From: Octopus vulgaris
Taxonomy: Eukaryota
Assembly: GCA_951406725.2 (NCBI GenBank)
Contig: OX597814.1
Coordinates: 144,584,001 to 144,648,000, forward strand
DNA: 64,000 nt
Direction of reading: 5' to 3'
Under the pieces are notes generated by a model, which did no database searches, was not told where the DNA came from, and was given only the letters and a program-made list of their open reading frames with translations. A program made the position numbers and the translations under genes. Positions 45,293-57,200 of this stretch are shown here, piece by piece (position 1 is the stretch's first letter; each line of letters opens with the position of its first letter).

Positions 45293-48200
45293 CATAATTT
45301 AACGTCCGTTTTCCATGCAGGCATGGGTTGGACGGTTTGAGGATGCACCAGGCTCCAATCTGATCTGGTAATGTTTCTACAGCTGGATGCTCTTCCAAAC
45401 GCCAACCACTCCGAATGTGTAGTAGGTGCTTTTTACGTGCTATCGACACAGGAGCCAGTCGTGGCTGGGTGGAGGGTGGTGGCATCGACCACATTCAGAT
45501 AGGGCTTTTATGTGCCACCGGTTTGGGGAGCCAGTCAGTCAGCACTGGCAATGACCCATGCATGAATGGTGCTTATTGCGTGTCACAAGTACAGGAGGCA
45601 GCACTGGCATTGGCCACTACTACAATTTCCATTTCATTGTGGTTTGTTTTGATTTTACATGACTCAGTAGGTCTCCTTGAGCACAGCATGTCGCCCGACG
45701 ATTCAGAAGTACTTTTTAAATGAGCTGGTTATGTGACACTAGTGTAGGCTACGGCTGTGATCTCACTTTACTTGCCGGGTCTTCTCAGTCACAGCATATC
45801 TCCAGAGGTCTCGGTCTTTCGTCATTTCCTCTATGAGGCCCATCGTTCGAAGGTCATGCTTCACCACCTTATCCCATGTCTTCCTGGGTCTCCCTCTTCC
45901 ATGGGTTCCTTCCTCTGTTAGGGAGCGACACTTCACACACCTCATCCATATGCAGCACATGATCATAACAGTGCAGTCGTCTCTCTTGCACACCACATCT
46001 AATGCTTCTTTTTTTCTTTATTGCCCACAAGGGGTTAAACATAGAGGGGACAAACAAGGATAGACAAAGGGATTTAGTCAATTACATTGACTCCCAGTGC
46101 GTAACTGGTACTTAATTTATCGACCCCGAAAGGATGAAAGGCAAAGTCGACCTCAGCGGAATTTGAACTCAGAACGTAACTGCAGACGAAATACTGCTAA
46201 GCATTTTGCCCGGCGTGCTAAAGTTTCTGCCAGCTCAACGCTACATCTGGTGCTTCTTATATCCAACATTTCTCTCCGGGTGCTTACACTCTGTCGTGTG
46301 TGCACACTGACATTACACATACAGCAGATCATACTAGCTTCATTTCTTTCAAGGCTACGCATGTCTTCAGCTGTCATGGCCCTTGTTTCACTGCTCTGAA
46401 GCATGGCAGTTTGCACATGTGCATCATACAATCTACCTTTTACTCTGAGTCAAAAGCCCTTTGTCACCAGTAGAGGTAGGAGCTTTCTGAACTTTGCCCA
46501 GGCTATTCTTATTCTAGAGGCAACGCACTCCAAGCATCCACCCCGATGACAGATTTGGTCACCTAGGTAGCAGAAGCTATCAACTATTTCTAGTTTTTTC
46601 ACCTGGCATGTGATGGAATCAGTTTTCTGAGCATCTTAGATATTTATTACCCTGCCTCTGTGCATCTGCCGCACACAAAAGCTATCTTCCCGGTTAACCT
46701 TCCTTTGATGTTACTGCACCTCTTACGCGTCCATAGCTTACAGTATGTACATCTTACGGAGTTTTTACCTACACCTTTTTCTACAGATCGAACAGGGCCA
46801 TCTACCTGAAGGGGTTTGTGATGTGTTCGCCTTTCTACTTAATAGTACGTTGGTTTTTGCAACATTGCCTCTAAGGCCTTTCGATTCTAAACCTTGCTTC
46901 CACACCTGAAATTTCTTCTAGTTTTGGTAGTGATTCCACTATGACAGCAAGGTCATCAGCATAGAGGAGCTCCCAGGGGCAACCTGTCTTGAATTCCTCT
47001 GTTATTGTCTGGAGGATTATGATGAGGGCTGATCCTTAGTGAACTCTGACTTCTACCCAGAATTCTTCACTATACTCAGTGCCGACCCTTACTTACTAAT
47101 GGCATCCCTGTGCAGCTCTTATTAAGCACTCGCCAATCCCCAATTTCTGCATCGCCCACCAGATAAGGGATCAGGGAACCCTGTCAAGGGCTTTCTCCAA
47201 ATCAACAAAAGCCAAGAACAGGGGTTTATCTTTAACTAGGTGTTTCTCCTGCAGTTGCAGTACCAGGAATATAGCATTAGTAGGGCTTCTAACTGGCACA
47301 AAACCAAACTGCAGACCTTTTCCCTAGTTGTGCTATGACCCTCTCCGTGAGCTTCATCACATATACATATACATACATACATACATCATCATCGTTTAAC
47401 GTCTGTTTTCCATGCTAGCATGGGTTGGACGGTTCGGCCAGGGTCTGGGAAGCCAGGAGGCTGCACCAGGCTCTAGTCTGATCTGGCAGTGTTTCTACAG
47501 CTGGATGCCCTTCCTAATTCCAACCACTCCGTGAGTGTAGTGGGTGCTTTTTACGTGCCACCGGCACGGAGGCCAGTCAGGGCGGCACTGGCAATGGCCA
47601 CAATTGGATGGTTCTCTTATGTGCCACCAGCGCTGGTATCACAACTACAATTTCTATTGATTTTGATTGATTTCGATTTCACTTGCCTCAACAGGTCTTC
47701 ACAAGTAGAGTTTTGTGTCCCAAGAAGGAAAGGTATGCATAAGTGGACTGGCTACATCCCAGGTAGAGGCCACGGGTTACGGTCTCACTTGTCCTGCCGG
47801 GTCTTCTCATGCACAGCATACTTCCAAAGGTCTTGATCACTAGTCATTGCCTCGGTGATACCTAATGTTCGAAGGTTGTGCTTCACCACCTTGTCCCAGG
47901 TTTTCCTGGGTCTACCTCTTCCACAGGTTCCCTCAACCACTAGGGTCTTGCACTTTTTCACACAACTATCTTCATCCATTCTCGCCACATGACCATACCA
48001 GCGCAAATGTCTCTGTTGCATACCACAACTGATGCTTCTTAGGTTCAACTTTTCTCTCAAGTTACTTAGTCTGTCGAGTATGAACACTGACATTACACAT
48101 CCATTGGAGCATACTGGCTTCATTTCTTGCGAGCTTGCGCATATCCTCAGCAGTCACGGTCCATGTAGCATGGCTGTTTGTACACATGTGTCATACAGTC

Positions 48201-51200
48201 TGCCTTTTGTCACCAGCAGAGGTAAGAGCTCTCTGAACTTTGCCCAGGCTATTCTTACTCTAGCGGTAACACTTTCAGCACACCCGCCCCCGCTACTGAC
48301 TTGGTCACCTAGGTAACGGAAGCTATCAACTACTTCTAGTTTTTCTCCCTGTAATGTGGCGGAAGTTGGTCTCTGTGCATTTTCAGTGTTATTGCTCCTG
48401 AGCATCTGCCACATATAAAAACTATATTCCCAGTTAGCCTTTCTTTGACATTGCTGCACCTCTTATGTGTTCATAACTTATACTTGGTGCATCTTATAGA
48501 GTTTCTACCTATGCCTTTTCTACAGATTGAGCAGGGCCATCTACCTGAAGGCGTTTGTGATTTGTCTACCTTCCTACTTATTAGGACTTTGTTAGTGACT
48601 CAGCAATTAGTGCAAGGTCATCAGCATAGAGGAGCTCCCAGGGGCATCCTGTCTTGAATTCCTCCGTTATTGCCTGGAGGACTATGATAAATAAGAGGGG
48701 GCTGAGGACTGAACCTTGGTGGACCCCTACCTCTACCTGGAATTCTTCACTGTACTCGTTGCCAACCCTCACCTTACTAACAGCGTCCCTGTACATGGCT
48801 CGCACAGCTCTCACTAACCATTCATCTATCCCTAGTTTCTTCATTGACCACCAGATTAGGGATCGGGGGACCCTGTCAAAGGCTTTCTCCATGTCAATGA
48901 AAGCCAGGTACAGAGGTTTATCTTTGGCTAGGTATTTCTCCTGCCGCTGTCTTACCAGGAATATAGCATCAGTGGTACTTTTCCCTGGCACGAACCCAAA
49001 CTGCATCTCATCTAAACTGATTCTCTCTCTAATTAGTTGGGCTATGACTCTCTCCGTGACCTTCATTACTTGATACCTCTGTAATTATTTGTATCTAGAG
49101 CGTCACCTTTACCTTTGTAGCAGTTGACTATTATGCTGCTACACCAGTCACTGGGTATGACTCCTTCGTGTATCACCTGGTTAACTATACGGGTGACTAG
49201 GCTATAGCCGACACTGCCAGATATTTTGAGCATCTCTGCAGTGATTCCTGATGGGCCGGGGGCTTTCCCTGCCTTCATACTCTTGATTGCTTTAACTACC
49301 AAGGTACTGCAATTTGGATAGCTGGTCCCTCTGTTGGGTCGACATTCGGCAAACTCTTTTTCTCCCATTCATTCTCTTTATTGAGCAACCTTTCATAGTG
49401 GCGTCTCCAAACCTCTCTCTTTGCAGCCTCATTTAGTGCAAGTGAACCATCATCCATACGGACACATTTCTCTCCTACCACATCACAATTCTCTCTCACG
49501 CACTGTCTTGCAACACGAAATACTTCAAGTCTTTGGTCCTCACGGCGCAGAACATTGGCAAATTTTTTCTTATCTGTTTCCCCTCTGGCTAAATAAACCT
49601 CTCTCCTAGCTTCCCTTATGGCAGTCTGGTACAATTCCCTGCTACCTCCGTTCTTCCGGTCCCTCCAAGCCTGTTTCTTTTGTCTAATAGCCCTGTCACC
49701 CACATTGTTCCACCACCACGTTACCTTGGGTTGAGATGGGACTTTGCTCCATCCACAGATCTGGTCAGTGGCTCTCAGCAGATTGTCCCATAGAAACCTC
49801 CAGTTGTCTTCCACATTATGTGATGCTATATCCCCTTCTTTTTCATTGAAGGCTTAGAGCAGTACGTCTCTAAATCTCTGTCCATTTGCAGGATCTTTAA
49901 GCTTCCAGACCCTTCTCCTCCAAGCAGGTCTTCTTCTGGGAAACCATTTAGCCCTGATCCTGAAGTCGTTAACTACTAATCTATGTTGAGGGGTACATTC
50001 TTCGCCTGGGAAGGTTTTGGCATTTATAAGCAGCCCTCTTTCCCTATTACATTTGACAGTGCAATCTGAATGCTTAAGGGTTAAGTGAACCCTGGTGGAC
50101 TCAAGTGCAGCATTTTGTTTTTTACAATTCTTTGAACATGGACTCTTTGTTTGTTTGTTGCCAAGAGTATTGTAAAATACCCGGTGGATCACTGTTCAGT
50201 CAAAATAACAGATGTTGACACAATGAAAAGTATGGAAGATTTAAAAACAACAAAATGGAAGCCTGTGCTGTAGTTGCAGTATGTTTGAAGCCTTGCAGAA
50301 TAGGTCGGAACATCAGTGTTATGGAAGGCTGTAAACAATGCGAATCAAACATTAAATGTCAATAACATTATCGAATATATTGTAATGTCACCTTATAACT
50401 TTTTAATTAGTCCTGATATTTCAGGTAAATTACCATTTAAAATTGTTTTTTCAAGTGTTAAAAATCAATAGAGTAGTGTATCTGTTATTTTGTGATCAAA
50501 AGACCATGTGTGATGAGTTATGCAAATTTTTGGCTGTGGATTGTGCTCCATGGATTAGTATATTTATGAGGAATTGAGTCACATTATCATACATAGTGAT
50601 TAAGAGCTACTACTTCTCATTCAAGTTAGTTTGATTTTTAAATCAGAATGGTTACTTCAATTCACAATGTTCTATATTATGGGTTGTAGTTTTGATGGTG
50701 GTTGTGAAGTGCTTGTTCTTAATAAATGCAGGTGCATTTGTCAAGGTGTTCCTTTAATTTAGATTTATAATGGCTGAATTGTGTTACAGAATGTAACATT
50801 GCAAGCACATGTTAATATTGTAGATGTGGAAGTTAGTGCTCATAGATTTCTGTTGTTGATGAGCCATTTCTGAGTAGTCCAGCTGCATATTTAGTCGTTC
50901 TTGATTGACTGTGTTGATGCCAGTGGTTGTATTTTTGTTGAAGTCCAGTAATTTCAAGGAACAAGCATTTAAAGAGTTTCTGTTTCCTGGGCTTGTGGCT
51001 GTGAAGGTAAGGAATGCTGAGTTTCCATTGACCTCCAGCACCTTTTTGGAAAGTTTGTGGTATGGATGGCCTGATCTTTTAGCTCAGTGCATTTATTCTG
51101 GATACAGATAAGTTCTAATATGAAGTGAATGAACAGATTTCTGGTGGCATAAGTCCATTGGAATTTCTATTTAAAGTTTTTGTGTACTGATTCTCTTGGA

Positions 51201-54200
51201 GCTTATCTTGTCTTCCTTTTATACTGTTATACAGTTGCCTCTGCTTCTCAGAGCTTCTTCATCAGCCGTTTCTGATTCACTTAACTTCTCTCATCATCTA
51301 TATTGTCAACACCCTGGGCCATACATCTTACCCAGTCCCTTCTCTTGGAACTTTGACTCTCTGGAATTTCATTCTTGTCATGTTTTCTCATAGTCATTGA
51401 CTTTCAACAGTCACTATTGTTGCAACGGCCATGGGCAGAGTTCCTTCCAAACTAAAAGCAGCTGTACAACTGAGAGGGAATCCAGTCATAGAAAATCTGC
51501 TTCAATGAACTCTGTTTGACCCACGCAAGCATGGAAATGAGATGTTAAAATGTTGATGATGGTGATGTCAAAGAATAGTGATGATAGGTTTTATAATGTT
51601 AAAGATAGTTCACTATAAGTTTCTGTTTTGGAAGTTGTCAGATATTTTTAGAAGTGTGTCATGGGAGATGAAGTTAAAAATTTTGTTGCTGTTAATGGTT
51701 GTCAGAAATGCGTGTATAAAGGAATTTATTTTTAAGCTGTCCTATATTGTGTGGTCTTCAAGGATTTGAGTTGGAAAGAGGAATCTGCAGATTGCTGTCA
51801 AGGGCAAGTCATTTCAGGAATTGCATGTGGGGGTGGGAAGGTGATGCATCTGTGTGTTGCTGCTTTTGTTGTTTTGTTTTAGAATTGTTATATAATGTTG
51901 CCCAATTTCCAGATCTTTTGCAGTGTTTGCTAGATGAGCACAGTTTGAAGGTGTATATTTGTGATTTTGCCAAGCTTTGAAGGTTTTTTTTTTAGTTTTT
52001 GTATATCTCTATTGCTTTTGTTGTATCTGATGGAAGGTGTAATATATCTTGCATTTGTGGCTTTTATCTTATGTGAGTTAACTTGCTATTGGTGTATGGG
52101 CATGTCACTTGAATTTGTCATGTGCAAGGTTGTGTGGCTGTTGTTGACCTTGTATGATGTGTTACTGCTTGTTTTGTGGTTTACATCGATCATGAATGTT
52201 TGCCTGTTGTAGGATATTTTTTAATTGGCCTATAATTATTTTATTGTATATATTGTGGTGTTACTGGTCTTGTTTAGCCTCTGGTCAACCTTGATTGAAC
52301 AAGTCTCCCACTCATGAGCTTCCAGTCACTTTAGTGGTATCTTGGACTTCATTATCCTGTGTCCTTTCAGGGAGTTTTTAACTGCTATTTCTTGGAGAAT
52401 AAACAACCACATAGCTTGTTCATGCAACTTCTGTATTGGTTATTGTTCAGTCTCAGGTCATCCCTGATTGAACAAAGAAAGCATTCCAGCTGTAATAACC
52501 CTGTCCCCTTAAGTATTGATATATAGGGTTACATTATCCAATGTCTCCCTTGCTAGATTGTAGGGTGTAATTAAAGGATAGTTGGTTGCATTTTCTAACA
52601 AGGGGCTCCTTCAGTAGCTTGTGTAGGGTCTATATTGTTCATTATTGTAATTTTAAATTCTGGGATTGTTTTTTTTTTTAAAGTTTGTGCTAATATTTTT
52701 TGCTTGATTTGTTCAGTCTGCTATGGTGATGATGGACTGTTAATTGGAGAATTATGGGGTTGGTTGCCGGCTGTTTGTGATAAGCAGGTGTGTGGAGTGG
52801 AAAGTAATGTCTGGAGACAAGTTGCAGTTAACTTGGTGAGGTATGTGGGTGGGTTGTTTAGGTTATAAATAACCTAGTTTTAATGTGATTGTGTCTCCAC
52901 TTATGTTATCTGCTTTGTTTTTGTGCCAGGATGTGTTGCGTACATGAGATTTTATGTGTAGTCTGGTGGGGGCAGTTAGTGAAGTTACTGGTGGTATTTT
53001 TTTTACTTGTTTCAGTCAGACTGCAGCCATGCTGGAGCACTTTAGTCGAACAAATCAATCCCAGGACTTATTCGTTGTAAGCTTGGTACTTATTCTATTG
53101 GGATGTAGCAATATTAATAGTTTCATCAAAGTAGATATTGTGAGCTTTAGGAGAGGAACATTAAAATATTGTAATACCCTTGTTTTTACTACAAGTGAAA
53201 TGTTACTGTTAATACAATAATAATAATTTGTTGCATTGGTACACAACCACACAGTTATAGGGCAAGATTATAGTCAACTAGATACAACAAATATTTTATC
53301 AACTGTGGAGATATGAACTTGGATTGTAGGGTAATGAAACTTTTTTTTATAAGTTTAGTCAGGAATTAGGATGGGCAGCATCTGTGATCCTTTGCAGGAT
53401 GTCTGAGACTGGTGAGAGTAAGGGAGAAAATTATACTAAGACCAGAGTTTCCACTGGAATGTTTGTAACTGGATGCTACTTCTGTTGATTTATTTCTTTT
53501 TAATGTTTTCGAGTCGTTATAATTTGTCCAATTTCCATTTTTTTTTTTTTGTAGATTGAATGACCAATTAAGTTGTTGGTAAGCCACATAGGTTTTTGGT
53601 CTATGTACTTTTGTGAAAGGGCCAGGTGTTAGTGCCTATGTCCTAAACCACATACTAAAATGCATTTAGTGCAGTACTCTTCCATCTCAGTGTCATTTTA
53701 CCACATTTAGATTTTGTAGAAGGGCAAATGACAAGTAAATTGATTATAGTATGTTATTATTGAGACATTTTTCATCCCATGTCCTGTCCACTCAGAATTA
53801 TGATAAATCTGAGTCATTTTTATTTCTTGTTGTGTATATCATGGTTTTAGAATTGGTATCCCTGCATGTCATTAGAGGTAGCTAAAAGGGCTGGCATCAA
53901 GAAGACCATTTAGTTATGCCAAAATGGGAAAGCAGATGTAACAATGACGATGTCTTCTGATTCCTTCATCTTCACATCAACAGATATGAAGTTTATTGTT
54001 CATGTATGGTGTCTATTGTTATACTTGTGGAAGATTTTGTAAATGAAAAGGATTTTCATTTACAAAGTCTTTTCTTCACTTGTCAGAGCAAAACATGTCT
54101 GGAGTTGTCTTCTTAATCTGATAAAAACAACATTGTCGTTTCTTCATTGCTTAATTATTCTAATTCAGCTTTTTAATACTCCTTACATTAAATATATTAG

Positions 54201-57200
54201 CAATAACATACTCATTGATGTTATAATGAATGGATCTCTGATTTATTTCATTCTTTCTTATTGAGTGAAATGTTGGCTTAATAGCTAATTGATAGTTTTG
54301 TTACCAACTTCATTGACAATTTAATGACAGGTTTTATTTTTTTTTTAACATGGTGACATGGGTTGGATACATTATATTACTAGTTGTCACAAGCTTTTGT
54401 CACCTTGTAAGGCCCAACATCTGATATCTGACTTCAACCACTTCTTAGATCTCCCTTGGTTTCTTTTGTTTCATTCTCAGCATTTGGGACTTTTTCACTC
54501 TGCAGCCATTGTCTACAGCAGTGGTTCTTAATATGGGTAGTAACCTCCCCATGGGGGTGTTGTGAGTTCATGAGGAACAGCAAATGTTAAGGGATTAACA
54601 TTTGCTGTAGGGGTTAATCTGCCCAATTTTCAAGAAAGGGAGCTGCGAAGACCCGCTTAACTACCGACCGGTTTCCCTTACTTCAATAATCAGCAAGATG
54701 TTTGAAACCATCCTTAAGAAAAGTATGTTGCTCCACCTCCAAAACACAGTCTCTATCTCTGATTCCCAACATGGCTTCGTGCCGAAGAGATCATGCTTGA
54801 CCAACTTACTGGTAATGGAAGAATTGGTGACACGTATCCTGGATGATGGTGATGCTGTTGACATTGTTTTATTGGAATTTGCCAAAGCTTTTGACTCGGT
54901 TAACCACCGCCTATTACTTGTCAAGCTTCAGGCATATCGTTTCCATCCGGATATTGTACGATGGGTTGGTGCCTTCCTCTCAGATCGCTCCTTCCAAGTC
55001 GAAGTTAATGGTTCACTGTCCGACGTCTCCAGCGTGAGCAGTGGCATGCCTCAAGGTTCAGTGCTTGGGCCCTTATTGTTTTTAGTCTTAATAAATGACT
55101 TGCCCGACGACCTCACGCAACACACCCTTCTATTTGCCGATGATGTCAAACTGGTCGCTCCTCGCAGTGATATAGATGATCTTCGTCGATGCCTCCACCA
55201 AGTTTGGAGATGGTCTAATGAATGGGACCTGTGTCTGAACATGTCAAAGTGTTGTCATCTGCCTGTTAGCTCTTCTCCTGCAACTCAACTTGATTTCGAG
55301 CCGGGTCGTCTGCTGCTGGAAAGGACCGATCAGGTAAAGGACCTGGGTATCTTGGTGGATTCTTCCTTTTCGCCTTCGGCCCAGTGCGTCCATGCTGCCA
55401 ACAAAGCACGCAGAGTTCTGTTTTTGATTCGACGGTCATTCGGAATGCTCACAGCAACCATATTCCTACTGCTCTATCTCACTCTGGTGAGACCCATATT
55501 GGAGTACGGGATTCAAGCCTCTTCTCTTTATCTCCTCAAAGACATACATCATTTCGAAAGAGTCCATTAGCTGGCTACCCGCATGGTTCTTGGTCTCAAG
55601 CATTTGTCTTATGAAGAAAGGCTGAAGACGCTCGACCTTTATTCTCTAGAAAAACGACGATGCCGTGGTGATCTCATTCTTGCTCACAACATCATAATCG
55701 GAAAGTGTAACCTCTCGAAAGAGCTGTTCTTCACTCCTGCTCCAGAGCGTCGGCTGCGGGGTCACTCCGAAAAGCTCTATCTGTGACGATTTCATCTCAA
55801 TCAAAGGAGAGGGGCTTTCTCCGTCCGGGTTGCGGATCCGTGGAATAAGCTGCCGGACGAGATAGTGAAGATGCCGACGACCGCTCGGTTCAAAGTTGCT
55901 TTTGACCAGAAATAGCCTGAACTCTTTGCAGGAACACCCTCCCTGTACATAACTCCATGTCCCCCTACATAGCCTTGCTTTTTGCCTTTTGAGCGAAAAA
56001 ATTAACTTAACTAACTTATTTACAAGTCTTTGTCACGATTAAAATATCAGTATAATATTGGGTTTTGAGTGAACATATGGAAAGTACCACTGTCCATATG
56101 ATTCTTCAGTAATTTCAATCAATGATAAAGCATTGTGCAAAATTAGCTTGTTTGGCCAAATATGGGGAGGAAGCACTTGTAAAATGCCCTTCTGTGAAAG
56201 AGGGTGCTGGGTTACACAAGGTTGAGAACCACTTGTAAATATCCATATAGTTGTCTCTCCAGCATGCACTGGCTGTCTTTAATGTCCAGCGTTCTCTCAG
56301 TTAATTTGTGCTCCTTATTTTATGCAATTTAATATTCTTTTCTACTCTAGGCACAAGACCCGGAATTTTTGGGGGATGGGGCCAGTCAATTAGATCAACC
56401 CCAGTATGCAACTGGTACTTAATTTATCGACCTCAAAAAGATGAAAGGCAAAGTCAACCGTGGCAGAATTTGAACTCATAATGTAAAGACAGACGAAATA
56501 CTGCTAAGCATTTCATCAGGTGTGCTAACATTTCTGCCAGCTTGCCGCCTTAAATTTATGCAATTTAACATTGCACATCCAATGGAGTATATGTGGTTCC
56601 TTTTTCTGCAACTCCTACAGCTTTTTTACATTAAGTAATCATCACCATTTTAACATCAACTTCAACATGCTTGCATGGGTCGAAGGAATTTATTGAGGCA
56701 ATAGTTTCCTTCCTGTTGCCACCCGTTTGCAAGCAAGGTAATATTTCCCCATGGCCAGATATGCTTATGTGGAATATTAGAAATGAATGACACTGCTTGT
56801 ATGACATTGACACTAATTTACAATTATGATGCAATGTTAACATGTCATGACAAGGACACATACACATGTAACAGGCTTCTTTCAGTTTCCATCTACCAAA
56901 TCCCCTCAGTAGGCTTTGGTTGGCCCAAAACTGTAGTAGAAGACACTTGCCCAGATGCCATGCAGTTGGAAAGCAAACTTCTTAACTGCACAGCTGTGCC
57001 TATCAATGTCCATACTTTATCTATTAGCAGCAACATGCTTCTTATATATGTTTTGTGTAGTCTGCATGTAGTTGGCATGGAGGAAAAGAAACCCCTTATT
57101 GACAGCAGAAGTAATTACTTCCTAAACCTTTATTTCTGTGTCACTAAAGTCTGCTCCAGAAGAACTAATTGTTATTTAGCCTTAAGTTGGAATAAATCAA

